From: Pseudomonadota bacterium
Lineage (GTDB): Bacteria > Pseudomonadota > Alphaproteobacteria > Sphingomonadales > Sphingomonadaceae
Reading direction: 5' to 3'
DNA: 64,000 bases
Assembly: GCA_038041635.1 (NCBI GenBank)
Contig: JBBTFY010000005.1
Location: forward strand, 9,781 to 73,780
Positions 1 to 12,520 of the stretch are shown in pieces (position 1 is the first letter of the stretch; every line of letters begins with the position of its first letter). Position numbers and translations under genes: made by a program. The notes beneath the pieces were generated by a model. That model made no database searches. It was not told where the DNA came from and saw nothing but the letters and a program-made list of their open reading frames with translations.

Positions 1-985
1 CAATTTCGCCGACCTTGGTAAAGCGCCGCTTGACTCCCGCAAAGCCGATAAAGCCGCTGGCGATTATCGCATCATCGACGCCCATATGCAGCGCCACGGC
101 TATCGCTGCCAGCGCGTTCTGGACATTGTGCCGTCCCGACATCGGCAGGTGAATATCCTCAATCGTGCGCGTGGCACCGTCGCGGTCGCGCACGACGACA
201 TCGAAACGATTACCGCCTGGCCCCGGCACGACATTGGTGCCGCGCACATCGGCCTGTGCCGAAAAGCCATAGGTGATGATGCGGCGGTCACGAATGCGCG
301 GGATGATCGCCTGCACCTCTGGATGGTCGAGGCACAACATCGCCGCGCCGTAAAAGGGAACGTTTTCGATGAACTCGACAAAGGCGTCCTTGACCGCTTC
401 AAAACTGCCATAATGGTCGAGATGTTCGGGGTCGATATTGGTAACAATGGCGATTGTGCCATCGAGCCGCAGGAAACTTCCGTCGCTTTCGTCCGCTTCG
501 ACCACCATCCAGTCCGACGCGCCTAGACGCGCGTTCGACCCGTAATTATTGATGATGCCGCCGTTGATGACGGTGGGGTCGATGCCGCCTGCATCGAGCA
601 GCGCCGCGACCAGGCTGGTCGTCGTCGTCTTGCCGTGCGTTCCCGCCACTGCGACGGTGGATTTCAGCCGCATCAATTCGGCCAGCATTTCGGCGCGGCG
701 AACCAGCGGTATGCGGTGTTCCAGCGCCGCTTCCACTTCGGGGTTGCCACGCTTGACAGCCGTCGAGGTGACGACCACCGACGCGCCGACCACATTCGCC
801 GCCGCATGGCCGATGGCCACCTTTATGCCCCGTTTGCGCAATCCCTCAACCACATAGGATTCCGCAATGTCTGACCCTTGCACCTGATAACCCAGATTGT
901 GCATCACTTCGGCGATGCCCGACATGCCGATGCCGCCGATGCCGACAAAGTGGATGATACCGATGTCGGTGCCGACGCCTCTCAT
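1..985 (-). CDS. murC: UDP-N-acetylmuramate--L-alanine ligase, partial (3' end outside window)
   Basis: Manual translation from ATG 985: [25 protein letters not shown]...[12 protein letters not shown]...[11 protein letters not shown]; follows murG in the dcw cluster; absent from the ORF track because it is truncated. Confidence 0.96.
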   Translation of the reverse strand, partial: MRGVGTDIGIIHFVGIGGIGMSGIAEVMHNLGYQVQGSDIAESYVVEGLRKRGIKVAIGHAAANVVGASVVVTSTAVKRGNPEVEAALEHRIPLVRRAEMLAELMRLKSTVAVAGTHGKTTTTSLVAALLDAGGIDPTVINGGIINNYGSNARLGASDWMVVEADESDGSFLRLDGTIAIVTNIDPEHLDHYGSFEAVKDAFVEFIENVPFYGAAMLCLDHPEVQAIIPRIRDRRIITYGFSAQADVRGTNVVPGPGGNRFDVVVRDRDGATRTIEDIHLPMSGRHNVQNALAAIAVALHMGVDDAIIASGFIGFAGVKRRFTKVGEI

Positions 986-1044
986 TTTGCGTCTCCGCCA
1001 AACATGACTACGACGCCTCTCATTTTGTGTCTCCGCCAAACATG
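973..1044. repeat. 34-bp direct repeat, two copies, 38-bp period, duplicating the murG stop/murC start junction
   Basis: cgacgcctctcattttg[c/t]gtctccgccaaacatg at 973-1006 and 1011-1044, one mismatch. Confidence 0.95.
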
Positions 1045-2216
1045 CCTGTCACCCCTGCCGCAGCGCCACTGCGCCGCGCATTGGTCGCACCGCCGCCAAC
1101 ACGGATGACATCCATCAGCGGCGCACCGCCAGATTGCTCGACAAGGTCGGCCAAGTCACTGGTCGCGTTGGGCCGCCCGACGCCCAGCGCGCGGGTCGCC
1201 GCATTTTCGAGTGCGCCGGGTTCGAGCGCCAGTTTTTGCATTTGTTTGGCCAGTTCAACAGGCGTAAACTTTGGCTGCGGTATCGACCGCGCACCGCCGA
1301 CCGCCACCATTTCACGGACATTATGCGTCTGATGGTCATCGGTGGCGATGGGTAACGGAACAAAGATCGCTGGCCTGCCTGCGCACGTCAGCTCGGCAAT
1401 GGTCGATGCGCCTGCGCGTGCAATCACCAAATGCGCCCAGCGTAATTTTTCCGGCATATCGTCAATATAGGTCATCAGATTGGCAGGAATACCATGCGTC
1501 GCATAGGTCGCGCGCACCCGTTCAATATCTTCGGCCCGGCATTGCTGCGTCACTTGCAATCGCTGACGAAACGATAGCGGCATGAGCGTGAGCGCATCGG
1601 GTACGACCTCCCCCAATATACTCGCGCCCTGACTGCCACCCGTCACCAGCAAGCGGAATATGCCGTCCTCTCCCAGTGGCGGGAACCCCTCGGTCCGCAA
1701 CACCCGCACCTCTTCACGTACCGGATTGCCGATCAAATGGACGCGCGATGCGGCGCTGGCTGGCATTCGCGCCACGTCGCGATAGGCGGTCGCAATCGCG
1801 TCCACACCGCGCGCTAGCAGGCGGTTGACCCGCCCTAACACGGCGTTTTGTTCGTGGATGAGGCAGGGCAATTTCGCCGAGCGTGCGGCCAGCAATGTCG
1901 GCAATGCCGGATAACCGCCGAAACCGATGACGGCAGCGGGCTCGAACGCCATGAACAATTCGCGCGCCATCGCCCGCCCACGCCAAATGGCAAGGCCAGC
2001 GCGCGCCCAGCCGACCGGGCCGCCGCTCATCCGCCCAGCTGGCAATATATGCGTCTGCATCCCTTCTGGCGCGCCCGGAATAGTCGCCCCGCGACCATCG
2101 GTAACCAGCGCAACATGATGGCCGCGCGCCATCAACTCGCCTGCCAGTGCATAAGCGGGGATCATGTGCCCCCCGGTGCCCCCGGCGGCAAGGATGAAAT
2201 GGCGGGTCACGGTCAT
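1020..2216 (-). CDS. murG: Lipid II GlcNAc transferase MurG
   Basis: [30 protein letters not shown] motifs; ATG 2216 overlaps the ftsW stop (ATGA). Confidence 0.96.
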   Translation of the reverse strand: MTVTRHFILAAGGTGGHMIPAYALAGELMARGHHVALVTDGRGATIPGAPEGMQTHILPAGRMSGGPVGWARAGLAIWRGRAMARELFMAFEPAAVIGFGGYPALPTLLAARSAKLPCLIHEQNAVLGRVNRLLARGVDAIATAYRDVARMPASAASRVHLIGNPVREEVRVLRTEGFPPLGEDGIFRLLVTGGSQGASILGEVVPDALTLMPLSFRQRLQVTQQCRAEDIERVRATYATHGIPANLMTYIDDMPEKLRWAHLVIARAGASTIAELTCAGRPAIFVPLPIATDDHQTHNVREMVAVGGARSIPQPKFTPVELAKQMQKLALEPGALENAATRALGVGRPNATSDLADLVEQSGGAPLMDVIRVGGGATNARRSGAAAGVTGMFGGDTK

Positions 2217-3442
2217 CGCGGGTTCCATCCAGAAAGGTTGATCGGTGGTGCGCGGTAGGGGTTACGGCGCGTCAACGCCAGCAACAATCCCATTGCGATT
2301 GACAATGCCCATAATGATGACCCGCCATAGCTGATGAACGGCAATGTCATCCCCTTTGACGGGACCATGTGTAGATTGACTGCGATGTTAATCAGCACTT
2401 GCCCGCCAAATTGCGCCACCAATCCGGTTCCGGCAAGGATGACAAATTGATCGCGTTCTTCGCGCATCCGTTGCAGCACGCGGACCACTAGGGCAACATA
2501 GATGAGCAGGATGCCAGCGCAAGCAAACAGGCCAAACTCCTCGCCTATCACCGAGTAAATATAATCCGTATGCGCTTCGGGCAGGCGGAACTTTTCGGTC
2601 CCCGTAAACGGCCCGCTGCCTATCAGGCCACTGTTCGCAAGTGTGTCCAGTCCGCGATCAACCTGGTGGCTGTCGCCCTCACCAAATATAAAGGCATTGA
2701 TGCGGTTACGGCCGTTTTCGTAAAAGAAATAGGCCAGCATAGCGCCGCCAACGCACGCACCGCCCAGCCATGCCATAATCCGCATCGGCAGACCTGCCAC
2801 AAACACCAAAACAATCCATGTGCCGACAAACAGGATTGTCTGACCCAAATCGGGCTGCATCATCAGCAAAACAATGATCAAGCCTGTTGTGATTCCGGTG
2901 AGCGAAAAAACCGGCAATTCCTCGTCCTCGGCCCGGCACGATAGCACCCACGCCATCGCCACCGCAAAAAGCGGCTTGAGAAACTCGGACGGTTGCAGGC
3001 GCAATGCCCCGCTGCCCAGCCAGCGCGTCGAACCATTGACTTCATGCCCGAACAGCAAAACTGCGAACAAGGCCGCGACACCGCCTACCGTGCCCCACAA
3101 GGCCATATGACGTAGTTGAAGCTTGTCGCGCATCGCCACAAACACCATGATGCCAATCCCGGTGCATACCCAAAAAGTCTGCCGCCACAGATAATAGAGT
3201 TCGCTCATATTCTGCCCGCGCCGCGCCGCCGCGCGCGCTGCAACGGGCGCCGCCACCGCTACCGCTACCAACCCGATGGCCATCAGACCAAGGATCATCA
3301 GCAACAGTCCACGGTCCACTTCTGCATACCATTTGGACAGCGCGCTACGGTCCGCGCGCGACAGCGGCTGCGGGCGACGGCGTCCGTGCAGTTCGGGTGG
3401 AATAGTCGGCGCTTCGATCACAGCTTCCTCGGCATTGCTCAT
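2213..3442 (-). CDS. ftsW: SEDS peptidoglycan polymerase FtsW
   Basis: LQPSEFLK, QPDLG, LPEAHTDY, IGEEFG, LPFISYGGSS motifs; dcw position. Confidence 0.96.
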   Translation of the reverse strand: MSNAEEAVIEAPTIPPELHGRRRPQPLSRADRSALSKWYAEVDRGLLLMILGLMAIGLVAVAVAAPVAARAAARRGQNMSELYYLWRQTFWVCTGIGIMVFVAMRDKLQLRHMALWGTVGGVAALFAVLLFGHEVNGSTRWLGSGALRLQPSEFLKPLFAVAMAWVLSCRAEDEELPVFSLTGITTGLIIVLLMMQPDLGQTILFVGTWIVLVFVAGLPMRIMAWLGGACVGGAMLAYFFYENGRNRINAFIFGEGDSHQVDRGLDTLANSGLIGSGPFTGTEKFRLPEAHTDYIYSVIGEEFGLFACAGILLIYVALVVRVLQRMREERDQFVILAGTGLVAQFGGQVLINIAVNLHMVPSKGMTLPFISYGGSSLWALSIAMGLLLALTRRNPYRAPPINLSGWNPR

Positions 3443-4791
3443 CGCTCACCTCCCGGCAGCGCAGCTACAGAGGCTCGAAAGGCATCGCCGCGCGCCTCAA
3501 AATCGCGAAACTGGTCAAACGATGCACAGGCGGGTGACAGCAACACAATATCGCCGTTTTGTGCAGCGGTTGCCGCGTCCGCCACCGCTTGTTCCACTGT
3601 GCCACTATAGCTGCTTGGCACGCGCTTCCCCAGCGCGCGGGCGAACATCGCTGCCGCATCGCCGATCAAATACACATGCGCCACATGGCCCAGCCACGCC
3701 TCGCACTCGCCCAGCCCCTCGCCCTTTGCAAGCCCACCAAGGATCCAGTGGATGCGTGGGCGGGGTGCGGGGGGATAGGCGGCAAGCGCAGGCGCGGCCG
3801 ACGCGGGGTTCGTTGCCTTGCTGTCGTTGACGAACTGGACGCCGCCAATTTCACCCACGCGTTCCATCCGGTGCGGCAGACCGGGGTAGGTCGATAGGCC
3901 CATCTCCACCTGTGCGGCAGATAGTCCTAGGCGCTCACAAACCGCCTTGGCCGCAGCAACGTTCTGGGCATTGTGCGGTCCTTGCAGCGCCGGCCATCGG
4001 GCAGGCACAGGCACCAGTATGTCGGTTCCCGATACCCGGATCAACCGATGATTGATATGACTTGCAATCATCCGGCAGCGATCATCATCGGTCGCTATAA
4101 CCGCCACTTGATTGGCATATTGCATCGTAAAAAGACGCGCTTTTGAGGCGGCATAGGCCATGAAGTCACCGTCATAGCGATCGAGATGATCAGGGGTGAT
4201 ATTCAACAGAACAGCGACATCGCACGCCAATGAATGCGTCAGGTCGATCTGGTAACTCGACAGTTCGAGCACATAGACGCCGACCCCCGCCTCCTTTGGA
4301 GTCAACGCCGCCTGCGCCAATATGGGCAGGCCGATATTGCCGCCCATCGTTGTCAGCACCCCAGCGCTTTTCAGGATATGGTGGATCAGCGCCGTTGTCG
4401 TCGATTTACCGTTGGTGCCGGTTATCCCTACCACTTTGTGCGGCGGCAGATGGCTTCGCGCCTGTGCAAACAACTCAATATCACCGATGAGCGGCACGTT
4501 GGCGACGCGCGCTAGTGCGGCAATCGGATGGCGGTTGATTGGGACACCGGGCGACACCACCACGCCCGCCAGCCCTGACAAGTCGATGCTCAGCAGGTCG
4601 GTAATCTCTGCGCCCAGCGCCGCCGCTACGTCGCGCGCTTCAGCCTTGTCATCCCAAGCGACGACGCTGGCACCCGCCGCAATCAACGCCGCCACTGTGG
4701 CCAGTCCCGATCGTGCAAGCCCAAGCACCGCATATCGGCGGCCAGCAAAGTCCGGCCCAAGCGCAAAGATAGAGGCGTTTGCGTCGATCAC
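3439..4791 (-). CDS. murD: UDP-MurNAc-L-Ala--D-glutamate ligase
   Basis: [39 protein letters not shown]. Confidence 0.96.
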   Translation of the reverse strand: MIDANASIFALGPDFAGRRYAVLGLARSGLATVAALIAAGASVVAWDDKAEARDVAAALGAEITDLLSIDLSGLAGVVVSPGVPINRHPIAALARVANVPLIGDIELFAQARSHLPPHKVVGITGTNGKSTTTALIHHILKSAGVLTTMGGNIGLPILAQAALTPKEAGVGVYVLELSSYQIDLTHSLACDVAVLLNITPDHLDRYDGDFMAYAASKARLFTMQYANQVAVIATDDDRCRMIASHINHRLIRVSGTDILVPVPARWPALQGPHNAQNVAAAKAVCERLGLSAAQVEMGLSTYPGLPHRMERVGEIGGVQFVNDSKATNPASAAPALAAYPPAPRPRIHWILGGLAKGEGLGECEAWLGHVAHVYLIGDAAAMFARALGKRVPSSYSGTVEQAVADAATAAQNGDIVLLSPACASFDQFRDFEARGDAFRASVAALPGGER

Positions 4792-5858
4792 CGGATCTTG
4801 AGCGTGGCGAGGCCCGCCAACGCCAATACAATGGAAACGATCCAGAACCGGATAACCACGGTCGATTCAGCCCAACCCAATTGTTCAAAATGATGATGAA
4901 TTGGTGCCATGCGGAACACGCGGCGCCCAGTGCGCTTATAATAAGCCACCTGAATGATGACCGACAGCGCTTCGACAACGAACAACCCACCAACGATGGC
5001 AAGGACAATCTCGTGTTGGGCAGTCACCGCAATCGCACCCAGCGCCCCGCCGAGTGCTAGGCTGCCCGTATCGCCCATGAACACGGCGGCAGGCGGCGCA
5101 TTAAACCACAAGAAAGCCAGGCCTGCGCCAATCATCGCACCGCAAAATATCGCTAAATCGCCTGCGCCGGGAATATGGGGGATGCCCAGATATTCCGCAA
5201 ACTTCACATTGCCCGTCAGGTAAACAATGACGAGAAAGGTCAGGCTGGCGATGATGACGGGAAAGGTCGCAAGCCCATCAAGACCATCGGTCAGGTTGAC
5301 GGCGTTGCCCGCGCCGACGATCACCAGCATCGCAAACACATAATAGAAATAGCCGAGGTGTATCGACATGCCACTGACAAATGGCAGATACAGGTCAGTC
5401 CCAGTGCGGTCGAGGATGAGCATGGTAGCGATTCCCGCGACCGCGAACTCCAAAAGCAACCGCACACGGCCCGACACGCCCTTATGGCTGCTCTTTGTCA
5501 CCTTGTCATAGTCATCCGCAAAGCCAATTACACCAAATCCGGCGGTGACAAACAGGCAGGCCCAAACCAGACTATTCGACAAATCCATCCACAGCAGCGA
5601 TGAGATGATGAGTGAAATCAATATCATCAACCCGCCCATCGTCGGCGTGCCGCGTTTGGCAAGATGCGTTTGCGGGCCATCCTCACGGATCGGTTGCCCC
5701 TTACCCTGCTTTGCCCGCAACATGATGATGAAGCGCGGGCCGATAACGAGACCAATGATAAGCGCGGTCGCAATCGCCGCGCCCGAACGGAACGACAAAT
5801 ATCGGATCAGGTTGAGCGGGCCGGGAAAACCAAGCCATTCGGCCAATAGATACAACAT
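4788..5858 (-). CDS. mraY: Phospho-N-acetylmuramoyl-pentapeptide transferase
   Basis: [37 protein letters not shown]. Confidence 0.97.
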   Translation of the reverse strand: MLYLLAEWLGFPGPLNLIRYLSFRSGAAIATALIIGLVIGPRFIIMLRAKQGKGQPIREDGPQTHLAKRGTPTMGGLMILISLIISSLLWMDLSNSLVWACLFVTAGFGVIGFADDYDKVTKSSHKGVSGRVRLLLEFAVAGIATMLILDRTGTDLYLPFVSGMSIHLGYFYYVFAMLVIVGAGNAVNLTDGLDGLATFPVIIASLTFLVIVYLTGNVKFAEYLGIPHIPGAGDLAIFCGAMIGAGLAFLWFNAPPAAVFMGDTGSLALGGALGAIAVTAQHEIVLAIVGGLFVVEALSVIIQVAYYKRTGRRVFRMAPIHHHFEQLGWAESTVVIRFWIVSIVLALAGLATLKIR

Positions 5859-7261
5859 TAAATGTCTCCGCCAATCAACGCCGTGACTATGCGCGACAGG
5901 CCGATAGAATTGGACCCTTTGACCAGCACCACATCACCGCCGCGCAATTCAGATCGCAGCCATTCCAACGCTGGTTCTATTCCAATGTCATGCGCGAACT
6001 CGACGCGGTGGGCAAGGGGTTCGGCGACAAGCACTAAGGCGAGCGCACGCATCTCTTCGCCGACCAGCAGAGCCATATCAACTTTCGCGGCGATGATGTC
6101 ATCCACCAGCGCAGCGTGAAACGCCTCGCTACCCTCTCCTAGTTCCTTCATCGCGCCAAGCACCGCGATCCGACGCGCAGCCGGTTCACGGCCCAACTGT
6201 TTCAGCGTCGCAGCCATCGAAGCAGGGTTGGCGTTATAGCTTTCGTCGATCAAAAGTACCTCGCCACCAGCTGCGTCAATATGGTGGCGTGCCCCACGTC
6301 CTTGCAATCCCGACAATTCCGCCAGCGCCAGGCCCGCTGCGGCAAGGTCAGCACCCACCACCTGCACCGCTGCTAGCACCGCCATCGCGTTAGCGACCCA
6401 ATGGTCGCCCGGTGGCGCAAGCGCAAAACATAAGGTGGCGTCAGGCAATTCGGCGGTAATCAGACTACCACCCGTTTCCGCATCAACCACCCAATCGCGT
6501 GCGCAAACATTTGCACCCGATTGGGTGCCAAAAGTGACAGTCTGCGCCCCATGCGCCTCAGCCACTGAGGCCAATCTATCACAAAATGGGCTGTCGAATG
6601 GGATGATCGCTGTGCCATGTGATTCTAGCCCTGAAAACACTTCAGCCTTGGCATCGGCGATTGCTTCGAGCGAAGCGAAATAACCGATATGCGCAGGCGC
6701 TACTGTCGTAATGACCGCTACGTGGGGGCGGACTATCGCGGTGAGCGCAGCCAGCTCACCCGCATGGTTCATCCCCATTTCAAACACGCCGTAGTCGCAA
6801 TCGCGCGGCATGCGTGCAAGGCTGAGCGGGACTCCTGTATGGTTGTTATAACTTTTGACCGAGCAATGAACGGCCCCCGGCGCATAGCGTTCCAGCGCTT
6901 CCGCTAACGCCTCCTTTGTACCCGTCTTGCCCACTGACCCTGTGATACCGATGATTTGCGCCTTGCTCCGCACCCGCGCGGCCCGGCCCAGGGCTTCCAG
7001 CGCCGCCATAGTGTCGGTGACCAATATGTGCGGGCCCGCGACGGCTGTATCAACAATTGCTCCAGCCGCGCCGGCGGCGAATGCCTGTTCTACAAAGCGA
7101 TTGCCATCGTCATTTTCGCCATGCAGCGCCAAGAACAAATCGCCCGGGCCAACTTCACGGCTGTCAAATGTCAGCCCGTACACGACGAAATCCGCGTTCG
7201 TATGACCACCCGTAGCGGCGGCGATTTCGTCAGAGGTCCAAAGAGAGTTTGCGGCTGTCAT
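5858..7261 (-). CDS. murF: UDP-MurNAc-tripeptide--D-Ala-D-Ala ligase
   Basis: [36 protein letters not shown]. Confidence 0.96.
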   Translation of the reverse strand: MTAANSLWTSDEIAAATGGHTNADFVVYGLTFDSREVGPGDLFLALHGENDDGNRFVEQAFAAGAAGAIVDTAVAGPHILVTDTMAALEALGRAARVRSKAQIIGITGSVGKTGTKEALAEALERYAPGAVHCSVKSYNNHTGVPLSLARMPRDCDYGVFEMGMNHAGELAALTAIVRPHVAVITTVAPAHIGYFASLEAIADAKAEVFSGLESHGTAIIPFDSPFCDRLASVAEAHGAQTVTFGTQSGANVCARDWVVDAETGGSLITAELPDATLCFALAPPGDHWVANAMAVLAAVQVVGADLAAAGLALAELSGLQGRGARHHIDAAGGEVLLIDESYNANPASMAATLKQLGREPAARRIAVLGAMKELGEGSEAFHAALVDDIIAAKVDMALLVGEEMRALALVLVAEPLAHRVEFAHDIGIEPALEWLRSELRGGDVVLVKGSNSIGLSRIVTALIGGDI

Positions 7262-8706
7262 AGACCAGCCTCTTGGCGCGCGACTTCGGCATCGTCAAAG
7301 GGGATGATGCGCATTTCGTCTCCGCATCCAATTATTTGCCCTTGCTCATGCCCTTTGCCAGCGATGATGATAATATCGCCCTCCTGCGCCGCTGCAATCG
7401 CGGCAGCTATCGCCTGGCGTCTGTCGGCAATTTCTCTCGCACGGGGGGCTGCGGCCATAATAGCGCGGCGTATTAAACTGGCATCCTCACCGCGCGGATT
7501 ATCGTCGGTAATGATGACGATTTCGGCACCTTGCACGCTTGCTTTACCCATTTCTGGCCGTTTGCCAGCATCGCGATCTCCGCCCGCACCGAACACCAGT
7601 ATAAGCCGTCCCTTGGCATGGGGGCGCAGCGCCGATAGCGCCGCCGTCAACGCATCGGGTGTATGCGCATAATCGACATAGATTGGTGCGCCCGTTCGCG
7701 TCAGCCCCGCACGCTCCAGCCGCCCGCGCACAGGTTGTAAACGTGCAAGTGCATCAAGCACTCGCAACGCATCGCTGCCCGTCGCAATCGCAAGACCTGC
7801 CGCTACCAGCGCATTGGCTGCCTGATACGCGCCAATCAGTGGCAGGTTGACCAAGCGTTCGCCAACCCCTGTTACATCGAGGTGCAGCGCCTGACCAAGG
7901 GGTGTTGCGATGCGGCTGATCAAGCGAATATCTGCGCCGCACGAGCCAATAGTAAACAGGCGCAAGCCCCGTTTGCGGGCATGGGCGGTCGCACGGTCCG
8001 ACCATGCGTCATCGGTCCAGATTACCGCCGCACCATCATCCGCCACCACTTCGTCAAATAACCGCATCTTGGCGGCAAAATAACTTTTCATATCATGGTG
8101 GTAATCAAGATGGTCACGCGACAAATTGGTGAATGCTCCGGCAGCAATATGCGGCCCTTCGGTACGATATTGATCGAGGCCGTGGCTCGACGCCTCAAAC
8201 GCCAGATGGGTGACCCCTTCGCATGCAAGACCGCTAAGATTAGACAGGAAAGTAACTATATCCGGTGTGGTCAAACCCGTTTTCACTTGCTCATCGGCGG
8301 TCGTCACCCCCAATGTGCCGATTGACGCCGAAACAAGCCCAGTCAGCCGCCACAATTGACGGGTCAGTTCAACTGTGGACGTTTTCCCATTGGTCCCTGT
8401 CACCGCAACTAGCGTCTGAGGAGCACGACCAAAAAACCGCGCAGCGGCCATAGCGAAAACGCGGCGAGGCTCGTCCGCTCTGATATGAACTGCGCCCTCA
8501 ACGCGTGCTTCTGGGCGCGCAATGACCGCAACAGCGCCCGCCGTCACTACATTGGCAATGACATCCTCGGCATTAAAACGCGCACCGCGAAACGCGCCGA
8601 ATAATGCGCCGGGCACAATCTGCCGATGGTCGATGGCGACGCCCGTCACCTCTACCGCCGCATCGCCACCTTCAAGCCCGTCAACCAACGCACCGAGCCG
8701 TGTCAC
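7258..8706 (-). CDS. murE: UDP-MurNAc-dipeptide--meso-DAP ligase
   Basis: VTGTNGKTS, EASSHG, DHLDYH, DYAHTPD and the DNPR motif typical of DAP-adding MurE; GTG start. Confidence 0.96.
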   Translation of the reverse strand: MTRLGALVDGLEGGDAAVEVTGVAIDHRQIVPGALFGAFRGARFNAEDVIANVVTAGAVAVIARPEARVEGAVHIRADEPRRVFAMAAARFFGRAPQTLVAVTGTNGKTSTVELTRQLWRLTGLVSASIGTLGVTTADEQVKTGLTTPDIVTFLSNLSGLACEGVTHLAFEASSHGLDQYRTEGPHIAAGAFTNLSRDHLDYHHDMKSYFAAKMRLFDEVVADDGAAVIWTDDAWSDRATAHARKRGLRLFTIGSCGADIRLISRIATPLGQALHLDVTGVGERLVNLPLIGAYQAANALVAAGLAIATGSDALRVLDALARLQPVRGRLERAGLTRTGAPIYVDYAHTPDALTAALSALRPHAKGRLILVFGAGGDRDAGKRPEMGKASVQGAEIVIITDDNPRGEDASLIRRAIMAAAPRAREIADRRQAIAAAIAAAQEGDIIIIAGKGHEQGQIIGCGDEMRIIPFDDAEVARQEAGL

Positions 8707-10397
8707 CGCTCAGCCCTCGGTTGCCACAACAGCGGTTGCAGTTCACTTATATCAACATCGTGATTCGCGTCGGGATAAACCCCCAGCATCGGGCCGATAC
8801 GCTGGACAACTTTGCGCACGACTGGTGCGGCCGTATAAGCAGCAGTGCGTTGCCCCAGCGAATAGGCGTTGCCGGGCGGGCGATCAATCATCACCAGCAC
8901 GACATAGCGCGGGTGATCCATCGGAAATGCGGCCGCAAAAGTCGCCACCACCAACGTGTCGGAATAGCGGCCGTTGACGACGCGGTTGGCCGATCCCGTT
9001 TTGCCGCCCACGCGATAACCAGGCGCATCGGCGTGACTACCCGTTCCGCTCGACACAATCATCCGCAGTAATTGGCGCATGCGGGCACTTGTTGCCTCGG
9101 AAAAGACGCGGTGCCCCGCAGGCGCATTACCTTCAGTGACTTTAAGGATAGTTGCCGGACGCCAGATTCCACCATTGACCAGCGCCGCATAAGCGCTTGC
9201 CAGATGCAATGGCGTCACTTGTATCGAATGACCATATCCTGCCGTCATCGTCGTTGTCCGGCCCCATGATGATGGCCATAATGGGCGGCCACGCTCGCTC
9301 AGCTCGATCCGAGGGCGTCGATCAAATTCAAGCGCGCGGAACGTTGCTTGCAACCGCTCTTTGCCCAATTGATCAGCAATTTGCGCGGTGACGATATTCG
9401 ATGAATGCACTAGTGTTTCTGGCACATTCAACCAACGGCGCATCGGGTGCGAGTCATTGATCTGGTGCCCATCAATGTGCAACGGCTGTGTCGCATCATA
9501 GCGGCGCGACATATCGGTCACGACACCAGCGTCCATCGCGGCTGCAATCGTGATGGGTTTGAATGTCGAGCCCAGTTCAAATGTCGTGAACGAAACCGAG
9601 TTCCACTGCGCATCCGGGTTTTGAAAGTTGACGCGATTGGGGTCGAATGTCGGCATCGACGCCATCGCAACAACTTCACCGGTGTTGACGTCCAACACCA
9701 AACCTGCGCCGCCAGCTGCTTCGAGTCCGGTCACAGCAGCGCCCAGTTCCAACTCCAAAGCCGCTTGCACTCGGACATCCAGCGACAGCGTCAGCGATGC
9801 ACCCGCAGCAGCAGCATGTGTCGAAAGCTGTTGATTAAAACGGCGCTCAACACCCATCGCCCCACCCCGTCCCGGCGCGACAAAGCCCAGAACATGGGCC
9901 GCCAACGCGCCTTGAGGGTAAAGCCGCTCCGGTTCTTGGGGATATTCAAATCCTATTTCAGCCAAATCATTGACCGCATTTAGCTCCGCCGGTGTTGCCC
10001 GTCGGCGAATGATAGCAGTTTCACGCGTGGTTAGGCGGGTGTAAAACTCTCCTGCACTGGTATCAGGAAATATCATGGCCAGCTGCGCCGCCAATTGCCC
10101 TGGGTTGCCCATCAAGTTTGCGCGCACCGAACGGACGCTATGCACGGGTATAGTTCGTGCCAACGGCACACCATTGCGGTCCACAATATCCGCACGGTCG
10201 AGTATGACGGGTGCAGCATGAGCAGCACCATTAAACAGACCGAGAATGACAATTTGTGCGATGCGTGCCAGCAATATTGCCGCCACGAGTATGAAACCAT
10301 TCACCAAAATTGTCAGGCGCGATTCGGCGGCAGCAGCAAAACGATTCCTGCAGTCAGCCCTGCGCATTGGAATAGGTTGCGCGATCATCGCGTTCAT
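8703..10397 (-). CDS. ftsI: Division transpeptidase PBP3
   Basis: Catalytic SxxK (STFK), SxN (SSN) and KTG motifs; RADIVDRNG; dcw position. Confidence 0.93.
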   Translation of the reverse strand: MNAMIAQPIPMRRADCRNRFAAAAESRLTILVNGFILVAAILLARIAQIVILGLFNGAAHAAPVILDRADIVDRNGVPLARTIPVHSVRSVRANLMGNPGQLAAQLAMIFPDTSAGEFYTRLTTRETAIIRRRATPAELNAVNDLAEIGFEYPQEPERLYPQGALAAHVLGFVAPGRGGAMGVERRFNQQLSTHAAAAGASLTLSLDVRVQAALELELGAAVTGLEAAGGAGLVLDVNTGEVVAMASMPTFDPNRVNFQNPDAQWNSVSFTTFELGSTFKPITIAAAMDAGVVTDMSRRYDATQPLHIDGHQINDSHPMRRWLNVPETLVHSSNIVTAQIADQLGKERLQATFRALEFDRRPRIELSERGRPLWPSSWGRTTTMTAGYGHSIQVTPLHLASAYAALVNGGIWRPATILKVTEGNAPAGHRVFSEATSARMRQLLRMIVSSGTGSHADAPGYRVGGKTGSANRVVNGRYSDTLVVATFAAAFPMDHPRYVVLVMIDRPPGNAYSLGQRTAAYTAAPVVRKVVQRIGPMLGVYPDANHDVDISELQPLLWQPRAER

Positions 10398-10912
10398 CGA
10401 CCAACCACTTCGCTTGTCGCAACGGCGATTGCTGTTGGTGACAGCATGACTTGGCCAATATCGCGAGCAGCACTCGCGGTAACTTGCCGTCTATCCAGCA
10501 ATGCCATACGTTCTTGCCTGCTCACTTCGTCGCCACGCGCCCCATCCACTTGTTGCGTTTCGGCATGAAGCGCAGCCAGCACCGGTTGATTGGCCGCCCT
10601 GCGCTCTGGATTGCGCAAACTACCTAGATTGGCCAGTTCCCGCTCGCCGCCAAGATATTGCGAAGCCGTTGGTGAGGCATAGCCAAAAAACTCCGCATTC
10701 CAGCGATCAAGCTGATGAACATTGGCAAGAACCGCAATATCCCCCTCCAGCATACGGTTTTGCTGTCGCGCCTCTGCAATATCCATTTCCGCTTTTTGCA
10801 ACTCTGCACGCGTCGCCGATACGCGCAATGATATGGGATAAACGATCATGGCGAACAGGGTCAAAAGCATGATAAGGCCGATGCCTTGCAGCTTGCGGGC
10901 GGCAAACATCAT
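10394..10912 (-). CDS. FtsL-like cell division protein
   Basis: N-terminal TM helix then coiled coil; lies between rsmH and ftsI with ATGA overlaps. Confidence 0.7.
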   Translation of the reverse strand: MMFAARKLQGIGLIMLLTLFAMIVYPISLRVSATRAELQKAEMDIAEARQQNRMLEGDIAVLANVHQLDRWNAEFFGYASPTASQYLGGERELANLGSLRNPERRAANQPVLAALHAETQQVDGARGDEVSRQERMALLDRRQVTASAARDIGQVMLSPTAIAVATSEVVGR

Positions 10913-11874
10913 CGCGCTAACTCCTTTTGCAGTTTAGATTTCCAAGCGGGGGCAGACGTGCGAACCGCAGAACGCAAAGTGGCAGAACGTGCGCGGGGGT
11001 TGATGACGCATTCGGCTTCGCTGGCGCGTGCAGGTTTTGCGACTTGAGTAAAGGTCGGCGCTGGCCCGACATCAGCACGGTCAGGCATATGCCGCGATCC
11101 AGCGCCCACTGCACCGCTGCGTTGTCGCAGAAACAGTTTTACGATGCGGTCATCTAGGCTGTGAAACGAAACGACCGCCAACCGCCCGCCCGGACCAAGA
11201 GCGCGTTCCGCCGCATCCAGCCCGCGCTCCAACTCGCCCAGTTCGTCGTTGATGGCGATACGCAGCGCCTGAAAGCTGCGCGTCGCAGGGTCCTTTGGCG
11301 CGCCAGGGCGATACCCCAGCGCGCGGCGAACCACATGTGCTAGTTCGCTCGTTCGATGCAACGGCCGTGCTGCGACGATGGCGCGGGCGACGCGGCGCGA
11401 TTGTCGTTCCTCGCCATAGAGAAAAAGCACGTCGGCGATTTCGGATTCTTCGGCGGCGTCGATCCATTGCGCCGCTGTTTCGCCAGATTGCGACATCCGC
11501 ATATCCAGCGGGCCATCCTTGCCAAAGGCAAAGCCGCGCGCTGCCTGATCAAGCTGCATCGACGACACGCCAATATCGAGCGTCACGCCATCAACACAGT
11601 CATGGCCAGCATCGTTGGCAATCACGTCAAGCTCGGAGAACTGCCCTTGCACCAATGTTAAACGGCCATCGGATTCCGCAACCAGTGGCTGGCCGCTGGC
11701 AATGGCATCGGGATCGCGGTCAATCGCCACAACATTGACGCCCGCACCCAGCAACGCGCGCGAATAGCCGCCTGCTCCAAATGTTCCGTCGATATGCACT
11801 TCGCCTGCAACAGGGTTTAGCACGGCGATCACTTCGTCAATTAGGACGGGGACATGGGCAGCAGGCGCGCTCAT
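10909..11874 (-). CDS. rsmH: 16S rRNA m4C1402 methyltransferase
   Basis: [56 protein letters not shown]. Confidence 0.97.
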   Translation of the reverse strand: MSAPAAHVPVLIDEVIAVLNPVAGEVHIDGTFGAGGYSRALLGAGVNVVAIDRDPDAIASGQPLVAESDGRLTLVQGQFSELDVIANDAGHDCVDGVTLDIGVSSMQLDQAARGFAFGKDGPLDMRMSQSGETAAQWIDAAEESEIADVLFLYGEERQSRRVARAIVAARPLHRTSELAHVVRRALGYRPGAPKDPATRSFQALRIAINDELGELERGLDAAERALGPGGRLAVVSFHSLDDRIVKLFLRQRSGAVGAGSRHMPDRADVGPAPTFTQVAKPARASEAECVINPRARSATLRSAVRTSAPAWKSKLQKELAR

Positions 11875-12389
11875 TCGCCGCCAACCTTGCGTGCCCGCAC
11901 GCGCATTGCCGCCTGCGCCGCTGCTTGGACGTTAGCGTAGGCACCGTCATCGAGCGCTAACAGACGTGCGACATCCCAAATTTCGAATGTCTGACCAACG
12001 CCATAGAAAAATATATCGCTGTCTAGTGCCGCTAGTTCGGCCAGCACATCGGATAGGATGAACCGCCCGCTGCCATCCATAGGCAATGTCTCGCCGGGGC
12101 CAAACAGGCGGCGCTCCATGACAAAGCGATCAAAATCGACGCCGCGTTGCACCGCAATATCCTCTGCGCGGTCGATGCGCGCCGATATGGTGGCCAGCCG
12201 ATCAGTGCCTGAGCCGACAAGGCACGGCGCAACCTCATGCGTTGTAACATAGAGCTGGCGCTGCTTGCCGTCGCCGGGAACAGAGTTGCGCAATACAGCT
12301 GGCAGCGCAAATCGGCCCAATTTATCGGGAGAAGCGAGCGCCGCGCCAGAAAAGACACCGGGTGCTGCCATCTGTTTGTTCAATCCCAT
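11871..12389 (-). CDS. mraZ: Transcriptional regulator MraZ (divergent; exact start uncertain)
   Basis: Two DxxGR repeats (DKLGRF, DGSGRF), FEIWD; first gene of the dcw cluster. Confidence 0.85.
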   Translation of the reverse strand: MGLNKQMAAPGVFSGAALASPDKLGRFALPAVLRNSVPGDGKQRQLYVTTHEVAPCLVGSGTDRLATISARIDRAEDIAVQRGVDFDRFVMERRLFGPGETLPMDGSGRFILSDVLAELAALDSDIFFYGVGQTFEIWDVARLLALDDGAYANVQAAAQAAMRVRARKVGGE

Positions 12390-12520
12390 CCCTTGTTGGG
12401 GCTTATGCGTCTGGTAAAACTCTCACCGCGTCAGAACCGCGTCATTTGCGGAACAACGTTTGTATGTTTAGCCATCGCGAAAGCCTGCCCTCCGCCAAGC
12501 TCCACCATATCACTTCACAT

